DNA from: an uncultured Methanoregulaceae archaeon
GTDB lineage: Archaea; Halobacteriota; Methanomicrobia; Methanomicrobiales; Methanospirillaceae
Reading direction: 5' to 3'
Length of the DNA stretch: 64,000 nt
Assembly: GCA_963701095.1 (NCBI GenBank)
Contig: OY969564.1
Coordinates: forward strand, 2,528,001-2,592,000
This document shows, in pieces, positions 17,737-29,925 of this stretch (position 1 is the stretch's first letter; the number at the start of each line of letters is the position of its first letter). A program made the translations under genes and the position numbers. Below the pieces are notes generated by a model, which searched no databases, had not been told where the DNA came from, and saw nothing but the letters and a program-made list of their open reading frames with translations.

Positions 17737-19403
17737 TCACCGGAGTTCGCGGTGTTTCCGCAATTCCTGTTCCCTAAGCTCGGCACGCCGGATTTTACCG
17801 GAATGGGTCTTAGGAAGTTCGGTGACAAACTCAATTGCCCGGGGTACTTGTAAGGTGCCGTGGTGCGCTTGACATAGTTCTTGATCTCTCTGATGAGTGT
17901 CTCTGAGGGTTCATAACCCTCTTTGAGGACAACAAACGCTTTCACGATTAAACCCCGAAGCCGGTCCGGTGCACCCACGACTGCGGCTTCCTGGACTGCT
18001 GGATGCTCGATAAGTGCGCTTTCCACTTCAAACGGGCCGATCCGGTAGCCGGACGATTTTATTACATCGTCGTCCCGACCTACGAACCAGAAAAACCCGT
18101 CTTCATCTGCATAAGCCTTGTCCCCGGTATAGTACCAGCCATTCACAAACGATTTTTTGTTTTCTTCAGGATTGTCCACGTATTCTACAAAAAGACCGGG
18201 TGGTGGCGGGGTACAGGAAATGGCAATCCTGCCCTCCTCGCGGATTTTTACCGGTTTTCCATCATCATCATGGATCTCCACGTCCCAGCAGGGTGAGGGT
18301 TTTCCCATTGAACCCGGTCTTAACTCAAGACAGGGAAATTCGGCAACACAGCAGCAGGTCTCGCTCTGGCCGTATCCTTCCCGGATAGCAAGGCCCGTCC
18401 CTTCCCGCCAGACACGGATCACCTCAGGGTTGAGGGGTTCGCCGGCACTTGTACAGTGTCGCAGTGACGAGAGATCGAATTTATCGAGATCGGCAAGGAT
18501 CAGCATACGGTAGATAGTTGGTGGGGCACAGAATGTGGTGATCTGGTACCGTTCAAGCAGCGGAAGTATCTCGGTAGCATTGAACTTTCCAATAAAATTA
18601 TAGACAAAGAGACAGGCTCCTTCAATCCACTGGCCAAAGATTTTTCCCCACCCGCATTTTGCCCAACCAGTATCCGTGACCGTAAAATGCAGGTCGTTAT
18701 GCCGGATGTCCTGCCAGAACCGGGCGGTAACAATCTGTCCGAGCGGATGGTCGTGGTTATGAATTACCATCTTTGGCTCTCCTACCGTCCCGGAAGTAAA
18801 ATAGATCAGCATCGGATCAGAACTTTTCGTGCGATTTTCATCAGGAATGCTCACGGAATGATGAGAAACCGGGGCCGGGTACAACAACTCGTAGGGCCAG
18901 CTTGCCCAGCCTTTGATTTCCGCATCAACCACAAACCGGCAGGAAAGGGTGGGGCACTCGTTGCAGATCTCTTCGACCTTACCGGAATTCTCCAGGTCGG
19001 TGATGATCATCCGGAATTTTCCTTTGTTTACCCGGTACTTGATATCCCGTGAGGTTAGCATGGTGGGACAGGGACAAAAGACCGCGCCAAGCTTGATGAG
19101 TGCGACGACGAAGATCCACCATTCGGGTATCCGGGGGAGCATGATGAGCACACGGTCTCCCTTGTTAATCCCGTACTTCAAAAGAACGTTTGCTGCCTGA
19201 TTGGAAAGATTTGACATATCCAGAAAACTGAACTTTTTCTCTTCGCCCTTCTGGTTTGCCCAGATCATGGCAAGTTTGTTCCGGTCCTTTCGGGCCCAGG
19301 CATCGACTACATCGAAGCCAAAATTGTAATATTCGGGAACATCGATGGTAAAAGTCGCCTTTGTCTTTTCGTAATCTTCCATATTATGCCGGTCTTCACC
19401 CAT
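17737..19403 (-). CDS. Acyl-CoA synthetase paralog; frameshift at ~17842
   Basis: YFTSGTVGEPK and EGYGQSE motifs; adding one C restores [23 protein letters not shown] with stop at 17737. Confidence 0.9.
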
Positions 19404-19597
19404 GCAATCCACCTGGATAATTGCGAAAATATTAATGGTACTTCCTTTTCAATCTGTCTTTTGGATGTTTCCGGAGAATTCTTGGCAGCACAACCCCGGA
19501 TTTTTTGTCCATTTTCCAGTCTAACGTCAGAGAAGAATCAGGGGACATAAAGGTTCGCCATTAGTATTATGATTCGATACACTTCATAGTATACAGG

Positions 19598-20152
19598 ATG
19601 GCTGACAAACGGTACGAATCATTAAAAATTGAGAACGTGGTGGCTTCAGGAGTCATCGCCGAGTCCATAGATCTCAATGAGGTTTCCAGTAAGATCAAGA
19701 GCTGCGAGCTTAACACCAAAAGGTTCCCGGGTGCGGTATACCGTATCGAGAACCCGAAGATCGCTTCCCTAATCTTTTCCTCAGGTAAAGTTGTTCTTAC
19801 CGGAATCCGTGATGACAAAGCATTAAAAGACGGCCTTGCAATCATTATCAAATCCCTGAAGGAAGCGGGCGTAAAGACGCTGGACAAACCCCGGGTCGCA
19901 ATTACTAATATTGTCTGTTCTTACGACATTGGCAAGTACATCAATCTTAACAAGGTTGTTGTCACGCTCAACCTCGAAAACATTGAGTACGAACCCGAGC
20001 AGTTCCCTGGTCTCGTTTACCGGATTAAGGATCCCAAGATTGTGGCGCTTTTGTTCTCTTCAGGAAAGATCATCCTTACCGGCGGAAAAAATCTCGAGGA
20101 TATCAAGAAAGGTCTCGATTTTCTTGAACAGAAACTTGAAAGCATTATGTAA
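19598..20152 (+). CDS. tbp: TATA-box binding protein
   Basis: Two TBP repeats (IENVVAS..FPGAVYR..LIFSSGKVVLTG; YEPEQFPGLVYR..LLFSSGKIILTG). Confidence 0.98.
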   Translation: MADKRYESLKIENVVASGVIAESIDLNEVSSKIKSCELNTKRFPGAVYRIENPKIASLIFSSGKVVLTGIRDDKALKDGLAIIIKSLKEAGVKTLDKPRVAITNIVCSYDIGKYINLNKVVVTLNLENIEYEPEQFPGLVYRIKDPKIVALLFSSGKIILTGGKNLEDIKKGLDFLEQKLESIM

Positions 20153-20271
20153 TCCCGGTGCCGGTTCGTACCTGCATCACGACTTTTTTTTCGTAATTCT
20201 CTTTGAACTCTTTGAAGTATTTTGGATCCTTTTAAGGAAGCGCGAGCCTATCGGGAATGGTCCTGTAATCT

Positions 20272-22963
20272 TTATGCCCAGTACCGGTGTGTCTGGATGA
20301 AATTTCGTTCTGCTTTGAGGATCTCGCGGTAAAAAGCATCCCCGTCAGAAAGGGTAGCAAGGATCCGTGATGCGTTCTCAGGCCCCACTCCCCGGGCCGA
20401 GAGAGCGATGATAGCTTTTTCCCGCTCGAAAGAACGATATTTGCATTTCTGAACAGGCGCTGTTCGATTGCTCGTTCCTCCCCGGATTTCTTCTTTTTTG
20501 AGATGATATCATAGGAATCCGCCTCGTAGGGTTTAAGAGCGGCTATGAGTCTTGCGCCACACTTCGGACACTGGGGATTTTCCGGTACCCGGGAAACGAC
20601 GGTTCTGCTTCTCCAGTTCCGGCAGTTCATGCAGGCAAGGATAACCTCATCCTGATCAAGCCTTCGTTTCAGGGTTGCAAGAACTGCCTGGTCTGCGGTT
20701 GGCGGGGGAATCTGGTCACGGGAAGAGAGGATGCCGTCCGCTCCGATAATCGAGTGGGGGCCGATGGCGACTTCGATTTCGCCGGTTTTAACAAGGCTTA
20801 CGATCTGGGCTGCGGCATCTATGTCCATGTAACCGGACAACAGCTCGCGGTATGCTTCCTGCTGGACGACGGTATTGTCGAAATAGTCCAGTAACCGCTG
20901 GATGCTGATTTTTTCATAATCGGCATCCGGGTCGATCGCACCGAACTTTTTTGCGATTTGCACCAGTTTCCATTTGAAAAGCGCCGTTCGTTTGAGGGCA
21001 AGCCTGAGGATGCCCGGCATATGCTCAGGCTCAAGGGACAGGAGAAAATCGCGGATTTCAGCGGCCCGGACATCGAATGGCAGGCGCAACAGGATCCGGT
21101 ATGCATCCAGTTCGATTCCTACGGTGGTTCCGTACCGGGCCGAGATCAGGATAGAGAGTACCCGCCCTAACGCTTCATTTGCCTTATGGCCGGCACAGAC
21201 ATTGCAGACAACACCGTCATCGATATTCTCGAGGGTGATGAGCCGGTCTGTCGGGATTTTGCACCGGTTCTTCTCCATATCGGAAAGGACATGGGCGGCA
21301 AATGCTATGCTCTCTTTTTCTCTTGTGTACTGCCCGGTCGTGCGTTCACGACGTATTGCCCCGACCTCCCGCGCTACGGCAAACGGAACCGGTATCTGTT
21401 CACCTTCCCATGATGGGAGCTCACCAATTGCTTTCTTTGCAGGTTCAACGGTGAGGCGGCCTTCGTTTAATTCTAGGACCCGCCAGAGCTGACCTTTGGT
21501 TATGAACACGGCCCCGGTGTGCACCCATCCCACTACAAACGATTCGTCAAGTGTTCCTACGGTCCGGCGCGAGACCATGTCAAAGACGGGGATCTTGCGT
21601 TCATCATGGATCATCGAAAGGTTACCGGAGAGGTAACGCCGGGCGCGGGCTGTAGTTATAATCCGGCTGCTATCGATCCTTATGAGACGGTGTTCTTCGA
21701 GCTGGGAACAGACGTCATCAAGAAGCTTGTCGTCATCTGTAAAAAGGGATGTCCGGCTGATAATCGTCCCTATCCGGGAACGCTCTATTTCGCCATACTC
21801 TACGGCAATCGCTGCGATCTGGTTTGCAAGCACATCTGCAGCATGTGTGTCCGGTATCACCGGTTCGATCTCATTTGCCTGGGCGCGTCGTGTAATGACC
21901 AGTGATTCCAGAAGGTCGTCAAAACCGGTTGCAAGGATCGTGCCGCGGGATATGGTGTTGAGCTGGTGACCAGCACGTCCTACTCTCTGCACAAGCCGTG
22001 CAACCTCGCGGGGAGACCCAAACTGGATCACGTGGTCGACTCTTCCGATATCAATCCCGAGTTCCATGGACGACGTACAGATAAGGGTCCGGACCTCCCC
22101 TTTTTTGAACCGGTCTTCGGCATCGATGCGGATCTCTTTTGAAAGCGAACCATGATGCACTTCCACGTCGCCCCGGGAGAAGAGGGCATGACCCAGAGCC
22201 TCTGCAGTTACCCGGTGTTAACAAAGACGAGGGTCGAACCTTCCCGGTCGAGCGCCCGTTCAAGGGCCTGTACCTGGTGCTTGAAGTCGTCACCGACAAA
22301 AATAACGGAAATATCCAGTTGTTTTGCGACCGGTACCTCAACGATCTCACAAGGGCGCGAACCGCACAGGAACCGGGCAATTGTCTCAGGATTTCCTACG
22401 GTCGCAGAAAGGCCTATGCGCTGGAATTCCCCGGCGTATTCGGCGAGCCGTTCAAGCGCGACAGCAAGCTGTACGCCCCGCTTGCTTGCCGCCATCTCGT
22501 GGATTTCATCGATCACGACAAACCGGACATGTTCGAGATGTTTACGCAGCCTTTTTCCCATAAAGAGAGCCTGGAGCGTCTCCGGGGTGGTGATGAGGAG
22601 ATCGGGAGGCGACAGTGCCTGTTTCCGGCGTTCGTTGAGCGGAGTGTCTCCGTGACGGACACCAACGGTAAGACCGAGCTCGTGGCACCACCACTCCATC
22701 CGGGCCAGAATATCCCGGTTAAGTGAGCGGAGCGGTGTTACATATATAGCTTTGAAACCCCCGCCCGGTGGCATTTTGAGAAGTTCGTCAAAGACCGGGA
22801 ACATCGCACTCTCGGTTTTTCCTGTACCAGTCGGTGCAATCAGGACGATGTTTTTCTTTTTAAGGATAAGAGGAATTGCCTGTTCCTGTGCCGGGGAAAG
22901 CCGTAAAAAGCCTCGTTTCCTGATGCGCTCGCGGACCTGGTGACCGAGCAGTTCAAGCGTCAT
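20272..22963 (-). CDS. lhr: Lhr-family DEAD/DEAH helicase; frameshifts at ~22214 and ~20418
   Basis: APTGTGKT, DEIH, LSAT, HHGSLS, QRVGRAGH, C-terminal CxxC..CxxC; single-base additions restore FVNTRVTAE and GKKAIIALSARGVG. Confidence 0.9.
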
Positions 22964-23738
22964 GATGACCTTTCCCCGGCTTTTTATCCATATCATCGTC
23001 TTCGAGAAACAGCGAAAGCGGGCCGATGTATGACCCATCGGCAAGGATAATCTCTGCATCTTCCTGTCGTATGCATCGGGAGATCGGTGAGAACGGATCG
23101 CGGGCAATCCTGACAATATCATAGCCTGAGATCTCGTTAAACGCGGGTACAAACAGTGCCCGTGCGACGCCACTTCCCTCTGGTATGTCAAGGCCAAGTG
23201 CAGATGTGTCGATAGTTGCCCGCAGGTATGCCGGGGCCTGAAGGGAACAGCCCACATGATCGCGCAGGTTTACCTGGGGGTGATGGTGACCTGTTATGAG
23301 GAGATGACCCCCCAGGTGTGCAGCTGGGTACGTATGCCCGTGGAAGTATGCAACATCGTCAATAACCGCCCCCTCTTTAGGCTGAAGCTCACCGTTTTGG
23401 AGGAACCGTTCGATACCAATATCATGGTTTCCCGGGAACACAAGAATCGGGATGCGGCGACGGATTGTATCGAGGATCCCGGGGATTTCTGCCCATTCCT
23501 GCCGGGTAAGCGTGGGAATACTGTGTTTTATGTCCCCGAGAAGGACAAGACGGTCCGGCGCCGAAGTATCTACCGTCTTCAAAAGCCGGTCGAGACGTTC
23601 GCGACTGTGGCTCCTGAAATGCAGGCCATGTGCGGCAAGATCGGCTTCGATCCCGAAATGAAGATCGGCAACAATGAGCGTGCGCTCGGTGTTTTCTATA
23701 AGAAGAGCCGGACCATCACGGATAAACTCCAGTCTCAT
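22953..23738 (-). CDS. Metallophosphoesterase (Lhr-associated)
   Basis: ADLHFG, LGDIKH, GNHD, HGH and GHHHP motifs. Confidence 0.9.
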   Translation of the reverse strand: MRLEFIRDGPALLIENTERTLIVADLHFGIEADLAAHGLHFRSHSRERLDRLLKTVDTSAPDRLVLLGDIKHSIPTLTRQEWAEIPGILDTIRRRIPILVFPGNHDIGIERFLQNGELQPKEGAVIDDVAYFHGHTYPAAHLGGHLLITGHHHPQVNLRDHVGCSLQAPAYLRATIDTSALGLDIPEGSGVARALFVPAFNEISGYDIVRIARDPFSPISRCIRQEDAEIILADGSYIGPLSLFLEDDDMDKKPGKGHHDA

Positions 23739-24508
23739 AATGGTTTTACGTATCCTTTCTGGGGCTGGTAGCAATCGTCGTTGGTTATCAGGGTCTCGAT
23801 CGCGGAAAGTACCGCCTCCTGACTGTACCCTAACGATATACCTTCGTCAATTATGTCCTGAACGGCAACGCCCCGGGGACCGCTTTTTGCACAGATGATC
23901 TCCATCACCTTTTCGCTAATGTCGGTTTCTGCGGCAACCGGATTTCCGGTTGTTGAAGGGATACCGGTAAGCGCACGTTCAACCATCGCCGCCATAATAG
24001 TGATCTGCTCCTTTGTCAGGTTGTAATGCCGGACTACCCGTTCAGCCTTTGCATCTTCTGATTGTCCTTCAAGCGCGGCAAGCAGGAGCTCAAGCCGTTC
24101 AGCCATCATATCTGCCGTGGCAACGATCCACCGGTTCCGGGTTGATTTATCGATTTCCTGGATATAATCAGGTTTGACAGAAACTTCCCAGGTCCCGTTT
24201 TTCCGGTAAAGCCGGGCTGTCCCGGTCACCGCAACAAATGATGGTACCGGGATCGTCCGGATCTGTTCCATGACGATTCCCCGCCGGAGCCCGGTGACAA
24301 GGTCAAACGCACCGGTAGGATCGGCAAGACGGCAGAGAAGTACATCTGCGTTCTCGGTGACCTCAGTAAGCGCACCGCACAGGTAGACAGACCGGCACCA
24401 CGCCCCTCCCGGAGTCACAACCCATGCTGTGCTATTAGAATCCTTGCCGGGAACTGCAAGAGTGGATCCGGAGAAATCTCCGGCAAAAACGCGGGCCGCA
24501 CCTTCCAT
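23735..24508 (-). CDS. RPA-associated OB-fold protein
   Basis: ARVFA, VVTPGGA..GALTEV, RLADPTGAF and FVAVTG motifs; C-terminal wHTH ending CYQP. Confidence 0.8.
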   Translation of the reverse strand: MEGAARVFAGDFSGSTLAVPGKDSNSTAWVVTPGGAWCRSVYLCGALTEVTENADVLLCRLADPTGAFDLVTGLRRGIVMEQIRTIPVPSFVAVTGTARLYRKNGTWEVSVKPDYIQEIDKSTRNRWIVATADMMAERLELLLAALEGQSEDAKAERVVRHYNLTKEQITIMAAMVERALTGIPSTTGNPVAAETDISEKVMEIICAKSGPRGVAVQDIIDEGISLGYSQEAVLSAIETLITNDDCYQPQKGYVKPL

Positions 24509-24695
24509 GATTGTGATAAGTACTTGCAAAAGAGAGATATTCAAAGTATAGGCGTTGATAAAAGAACGGGGATTGAAAAATAGGTTCTTGGTGCATCAAT
24601 TTATCCCAGAATTATAACCGATTGACCTCCACTGTCGTTACAATCCCACATACCGGCATAAACTGCAGAAATAGGGAAGAAAGGATTGGTAGTAT

Positions 24696-25259
24696 TTATC
24701 GATTATATCGCCGGAGACTTGGTTTTCGTTTATTTATAAATGATCGGGAATAATCTTGTGTGATGGATCGAGAGGCTGATGCATTTGCATAAGCCGAGGC
24801 TGCATCAGAAGTCATGTTCAGGTCTTGAAATGCGCGTGCCTTCCAGTACCAGGCTATACTCTTGAGTGTTGTCAGATTCCCGGTTGCGTTGATAGCGACG
24901 TCCGCGGCAGATATCGCATCATTGTTCCGGCCTAGCTCTACCAGAATTCCCGCACGGTTCGACTGGATGATTGGGATTAAAGAACTTACATTTTGAGCAA
25001 GGGCAAAATCGGCGTCCTGCAGTGCCTCACTATAATTCCCGGCATAAGCGAGATCAACGCTCATGCAATAATACTCACCAGCTACTTCTACAGGGCTCTT
25101 GGCTTGTTCCGGAGAAAGAGGACCCTGTCTGACTACAACAAAAACTGCAGTCGCAACAATGCAGACAACAACCACGACACAGATTGCAATAATAATTTTT
25201 CGAGAAATCCTCTTTTTTTCCGGTAGAATTTTTCGGCTTTTGGTTTTGTTCTTACTCAT
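24696..25259 (-). CDS. Membrane-anchored TPR protein (possible C-terminal frameshift)
   Basis: N-terminal TM helix; TPR-like helices (AWYWKARAFQDL..AASAY). Confidence 0.7.
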   Translation of the reverse strand: MSKNKTKSRKILPEKKRISRKIIIAICVVVVVCIVATAVFVVVRQGPLSPEQAKSPVEVAGEYYCMSVDLAYAGNYSEALQDADFALAQNVSSLIPIIQSNRAGILVELGRNNDAISAADVAINATGNLTTLKSIAWYWKARAFQDLNMTSDAASAYANASASRSITQDYSRSFINKRKPSLRRYNR

Positions 25260-25285
25260 CTATTAAAAGAAGGAAATTTCGATGA

Positions 25286-26284
25286 TTAATACTTCCGCCT
25301 CATTGCAAAAGCAAACCCTGCTACACCTAGGCCAAAGATTGCACTATATTCAGGCAACGGAGAATAGGTAGTCTTTTTCGGTATTACTGTTGCTGTTGGC
25401 AAAACGGTTGATGGCACCGTCGTAATAACTGTCGCAGTTGCGGCTGGCGTAGCCATAGTCGGCTGAACCGTTGTTGGTATTGCGTAAGCGGGAACAGTAA
25501 ACGTGATTGTTTTATCGCCACTAGTTACGTTTCCTATTGCTGTCAAACCCGGGTAACTAGGACTCATGCCGTTGAGATTCTGGGAGACCTCAAAGGTATA
25601 CGTCCCCGCCGGATATACCCTGCTTCCATCTGTGGATATCGCATTGCGGTTCCAGGACGGGCCATATGGCCATATATACGGCGAGGATGATATGACCGGA
25701 TTGCTATTGAACGGGAGGATCTGAGTTGTTGGGTTTCCCACGTTTCCTGTGAAGATATGGGGAATATTACCTCCCGATGGAGAAGTAAGGGTGACTGTGT
25801 AAAAAATGTCAGAAGGATTGGCATTGGGACGTGTTGAATAATTAGCCATCCACAGGTTTGTATCGATATGATAGGTCACGTTCGTGGACATCGGTACCGT
25901 CTGGCCGGTGATATCTGTGTTGGTATCTACATTCCATATTGAGAGATTGATCTGGGGTTGGTAAACGACAAAGACCGGGACATTAGGTTTTGTATCATAG
26001 GAATACCATGTGCCGGTATATCCGGTAAAAATAGCCGGATCTACATAAAACGATGTTTGTCTCCCAGTTACCGTTACCGTTTGAGAAGGACTTGTGCTCA
26101 TGTCAGACCCTGGCGGCCACCAGGCAATAACCGAATGGCCGTTCAACGCTGCCGTGATATCAAGGTTGTGTTCACCAATAAAAACCGGTGCATCGGAAAC
26201 GATCTTCCCAAGGCTTGCATTTGCAGGAGCCAGGATAAGAACCATAAGCATGAGAAAAACAAGGCAAATTCGATTGGATAACAT
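25286..26284 (-). CDS. DUF3821-like cell-surface protein
   Basis: Signal peptide, VFIGEHNLDIT motif, Thr-rich linker, TYSPLP plus TM plus RRK sorting-type tail. Confidence 0.8.
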   Translation of the reverse strand: MLSNRICLVFLMLMVLILAPANASLGKIVSDAPVFIGEHNLDITAALNGHSVIAWWPPGSDMSTSPSQTVTVTGRQTSFYVDPAIFTGYTGTWYSYDTKPNVPVFVVYQPQINLSIWNVDTNTDITGQTVPMSTNVTYHIDTNLWMANYSTRPNANPSDIFYTVTLTSPSGGNIPHIFTGNVGNPTTQILPFNSNPVISSSPYIWPYGPSWNRNAISTDGSRVYPAGTYTFEVSQNLNGMSPSYPGLTAIGNVTSGDKTITFTVPAYAIPTTVQPTMATPAATATVITTVPSTVLPTATVIPKKTTYSPLPEYSAIFGLGVAGFAFAMRRKY

Positions 26285-26442
26285 GAAAAGTAATTTCAAA
26301 ACTCTTATGATAAAGATTATGACATTTTAGTGATTATCTACAGGATCCTTTTCTGTACAGGGACCGGCATCTTCCGGATTTCTGGCAGGAAAAATCAATC
26401 ATAGTCCAGAGACAATCTAGTCTGTACCAATAGGTGATGCGC

Positions 26443-27411
26443 ATGGATGAGACCCATACGATATGGATAGAAAAGTATCGGCCGGCACGGCTCGCTGATA
26501 TTGTCGGGCAGGACGATATTGTTGAACGGCTCTCATCGTATGTGAAATCCGGTAACCTCCCCCATCTTCTCTTTACCGGAAGCGCCGGCGTAGGAAAAAC
26601 AACTGCAGCAGTTACACTTGCCCGGGAATTTTTCGGATCATCATGGCAGATGAACTTCCGGGAACTCAATGCGTCCGATGAACGGGGGATTGATGTCGTA
26701 CGTAACCAGATCAAAGAGTTCGCCAGAACAAAACCCTTCGGGGATACAACCTTCAAGATCCTGTTCCTCGATGAGGCGGATGCGCTCACGACTGACGCCC
26801 AGGCGGCACTGCGCAGGACTATGGAGAGCTATGCAAATATCTGCCGGTTCATCCTTTCCTGCAATTATTCATCGAAGATCATCGACCCTATCCAGAGTCG
26901 GTGCGCGATCTACCGGTTCAGGCCGCTTAGTCCGGAGGCGGTAAAAGAGGAGATCGCACGAATTGCGGCAAAAGAACATTTGACGGTTACACCCCTGGCA
27001 ATGGATGCCATGGTTTATATCGCGCAAGGAGATATGAGAAAGGCAATCAATGCTCTGCAGGGTGCTGCAATCATCAGCACGAAGATCGAGGCCCCGATGG
27101 TTTATGCAATCACTTCCAACGCGCGGCCTGACGAAATTGAGAATCTCCTCAAAGTAGCTCTTAGTGGTGATTTTGACGGGGCTGAATCCCTGCTTATGCG
27201 GCTGCTGCGTGAGCGGGGGATCTCGCCAAACGAATTGATCAACCAGTGTTACCGGGCTTTGGTAAAACGTGAAATGAACAGGACACTCAAGGTGGAATTG
27301 GTTGACGCTCTTGGAGAGACCGATTTCCGGCTCTCTGAGGGGGCAAACAGCGATATCCAGATGGAGGCGCTGATCGCCCGCTTCGTTCTTGCCAGTACAA
27401 AACAGCGGTGA
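26443..27411 (+). CDS. rfcS: Replication factor C small subunit
   Basis: [28 protein letters not shown] and SRC motifs. Confidence 0.97.
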   Translation: MDETHTIWIEKYRPARLADIVGQDDIVERLSSYVKSGNLPHLLFTGSAGVGKTTAAVTLAREFFGSSWQMNFRELNASDERGIDVVRNQIKEFARTKPFGDTTFKILFLDEADALTTDAQAALRRTMESYANICRFILSCNYSSKIIDPIQSRCAIYRFRPLSPEAVKEEIARIAAKEHLTVTPLAMDAMVYIAQGDMRKAINALQGAAIISTKIEAPMVYAITSNARPDEIENLLKVALSGDFDGAESLLMRLLRERGISPNELINQCYRALVKREMNRTLKVELVDALGETDFRLSEGANSDIQMEALIARFVLASTKQR

Positions 27412-27421
27412 GGGAAAGATA

Positions 27422-29533
27422 ATGGAGAAAAACCCCGAACTGCACCAGGGTGACCGCGCCGATGACTGGGGCCGGTTCCTTAAAAGCCGGTACAAGAAAG
27501 AACTTGGCGAAATAACCCGGCTCTATCCCCACAAACGTTCACTCGTCGTAGATTACCGCCAGATCGAGCGGTTCGGTAAAGCAGGAATAACTCTTGCAGA
27601 TGAACTTCTTGAAAACCCCGGTAAAGTACTCGAGGATGTCTGGGACGGGATTAAACATAACCAGCTGATTCGGACCAAAGATGGAAAAGAGCCAAAGGGC
27701 ATCAATATACGGTTTACAAACCTTCCTAAAAAGACTGCTATCCGTGAGATCCGGTCTGACGATATTAACCGGTTTGTTTCTGTTGAAGGTATCCTCAGGA
27801 AGACTACAGAAGTACGTCCCCGGATCGTGGAAGCGGTTTTCAAGTGTCCGGCCGGGCATTTTACCAAGAAATCCCAGAAATATGGTAAATTCATTGAACC
27901 AGAAGGATGCTCAACAGACGGATGCACCTTCAAGAAACTGGAACTGATCCCAAAGAGGTCTACATTTGTCGATTCCCAGAAACTCAGGGTTCAGGAGTCT
28001 CCTGAAGGTCTCCGAGGTGGAGAACAACCGCAGACGCTCGATATCGATGTGACTGACGATCTTACCGGTATGGTTGCAGCGGGTGACCGGGTTATCATCA
28101 ACGGAGTTCTCCGATCCATGCAGCGCATGGTGAAAGGGGAGAAGAGCACGGTCTTTGATATTTTCCTTGAATGCAACTCGATCGAGATCGCCGAAAAGGA
28201 GTTCGAAGAAGTCGAGATCGACGAAAAGGCAGAAGATGAAATCAAGAAACTCTCCAAGGATCCTATGATCTACCGGATGGCAACCCATTCTATAGCCCCG
28301 ACAATCTATGGAAACGACGATGTCAAAGATGCGATCACTCTCCAGCTTTTCGGGGGTATTGCAAAAGAGATGCCGGATGGGAGCCACCTGAGAGGAGACA
28401 TCCATGTCCTTTTGATCGGGGATCCCGGAATAGCAAAAAGCCAGCTCCTCCGTTATATCGTGAAATGTTCGCCACGTGCTATCTATACAAGCGGCCAGTC
28501 CTCAACATCGGCCGGTCTTACCGCTACCGCAGTCAAGGATGAGTTTGGCGAGGGTCGCTGGACACTGGAAGCCGGGGCGCTTGTCCTTGCAGACATGGGT
28601 ATTGCTGCTGTCGATGAGATGGACAAAATGCAAAAAGAGGACCGGTCCGCCCTCCACGAGGCGATGGAGCAACAGACCATCAGCGTTGCAAAAGCGGGTA
28701 TTACCGCGACACTTAAATCCCGGTGTGCGCTCCTTGGGGCTGCTAACCCGAAATACGGTCGTTTCGACATGTTCGGGGATATTGCCGATCAGATTAACAT
28801 GCCCCCATCGCTTCTCTCACGCTTTGATTTGATCTTTATTATGACGGATCAGCCGGAACAGAAACGGGATCTTGCCATTGCTGAACATATCCTCAAAGCA
28901 CATGGCATCGGCGAACTTATCGCCCAGCACAAGAAGACACCGATCCCTGGTATCACACAGGAATACATCGACCAGCAGCTCAAACCGGTCATGCCGGACA
29001 TTGAACCGGCACTTTTCAGGAAGTATGTCGCGTATGCCAAACGCACCTGTTTTCCAATCCTTTCGGCAGAAGCAAAAGAGGCTTTGGTAAGTTATTATCT
29101 CAAACTCAGGGGGATTGCGGAACCCAACAAACCGGTGCCGGTCACCGCCCGGCAGCTTGAAGCGCTTGTCCGGCTTGGAGAAGCAAGCGCCCGGATCCGG
29201 CTCTCGGACAAGATTGAAGCCGGGGACGCAGAACGCGTGATACGCATCGTTGATGCATGCCTGCGCCAGATCGCCTACGATGCAAAGACCGGAAACTTTG
29301 ATATCGACAAGGTCGCGACCGGAATATCCAAGGAAAAACGCGATATAGTCCGGGTGATCAAGGATGCGATCCGTGAGATTGGGGGAGAAGGCCGCCGTGC
29401 TGCTGTCGATCAGGTGGTAGAGAACGTTACGTCCAAGGGATTTGCGCATGATAAAGTGCGGGAAGGAATCGATATGCTCCTGCGACACGGTGAAGCCATG
29501 GAGCCAAAACAGGGCATCATCCAGTTGATTTAG
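27422..29533 (+). CDS. mcm: Replicative helicase MCM
   Basis: GDPGIAKS, TSAGLTA, VDEMDKM, SRFD and TARQLE motifs. Confidence 0.98.
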   Translation: MEKNPELHQGDRADDWGRFLKSRYKKELGEITRLYPHKRSLVVDYRQIERFGKAGITLADELLENPGKVLEDVWDGIKHNQLIRTKDGKEPKGINIRFTNLPKKTAIREIRSDDINRFVSVEGILRKTTEVRPRIVEAVFKCPAGHFTKKSQKYGKFIEPEGCSTDGCTFKKLELIPKRSTFVDSQKLRVQESPEGLRGGEQPQTLDIDVTDDLTGMVAAGDRVIINGVLRSMQRMVKGEKSTVFDIFLECNSIEIAEKEFEEVEIDEKAEDEIKKLSKDPMIYRMATHSIAPTIYGNDDVKDAITLQLFGGIAKEMPDGSHLRGDIHVLLIGDPGIAKSQLLRYIVKCSPRAIYTSGQSSTSAGLTATAVKDEFGEGRWTLEAGALVLADMGIAAVDEMDKMQKEDRSALHEAMEQQTISVAKAGITATLKSRCALLGAANPKYGRFDMFGDIADQINMPPSLLSRFDLIFIMTDQPEQKRDLAIAEHILKAHGIGELIAQHKKTPIPGITQEYIDQQLKPVMPDIEPALFRKYVAYAKRTCFPILSAEAKEALVSYYLKLRGIAEPNKPVPVTARQLEALVRLGEASARIRLSDKIEAGDAERVIRIVDACLRQIAYDAKTGNFDIDKVATGISKEKRDIVRVIKDAIREIGGEGRRAAVDQVVENVTSKGFAHDKVREGIDMLLRHGEAMEPKQGIIQLI

Positions 29534-29547
29534 TGAGGTGGAAAAGT

Positions 29548-29925
29548 ATGAAACTGTCACAAGCCGGAGACAAATCCACCGATCGGGAACGGGCAATCTT
29601 TGAAGCCGGAATCAAACTCGGGGCGCTTTATCATCAATGGGTTGGAACACCGATTGCACAGGAATCAGCACAAAGTGTCGCATCTGCAATCGAAAAAGCT
29701 GTAATTCTCCAGCCTTTTGTCGAGGAAATCACGGTGAATCTCGATCCCCTGCTAATGAAAAAGAATGTATTTGGGTATAGCGAACTCTCCGGATTAATGT
29801 TTGATGTGGAGATCGTAACCCGGGTGGGATTTTCGTACTGCCGGGCCACGCTTACTCCTGATAACGGCTACCCTCTCATGAGAATTCTGGAGTGCCATGA
29901 GATCACGACTCTTTCCGATAACTGA
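29548..29925 (+). CDS. mptD: Archaeal dihydroneopterin aldolase
   Basis: DRERAIFEAGIKLGALYHQWVGTP, LQPFV, YSEL and YPLM motifs. Confidence 0.85.
   Translation: MKLSQAGDKSTDRERAIFEAGIKLGALYHQWVGTPIAQESAQSVASAIEKAVILQPFVEEITVNLDPLLMKKNVFGYSELSGLMFDVEIVTRVGFSYCRATLTPDNGYPLMRILECHEITTLSDN

Noticed and set aside
15776..19403. DNA similarity between the two acyl-CoA synthetase genes
   Set aside because: Old tandem paralogs, not a mobile repeat
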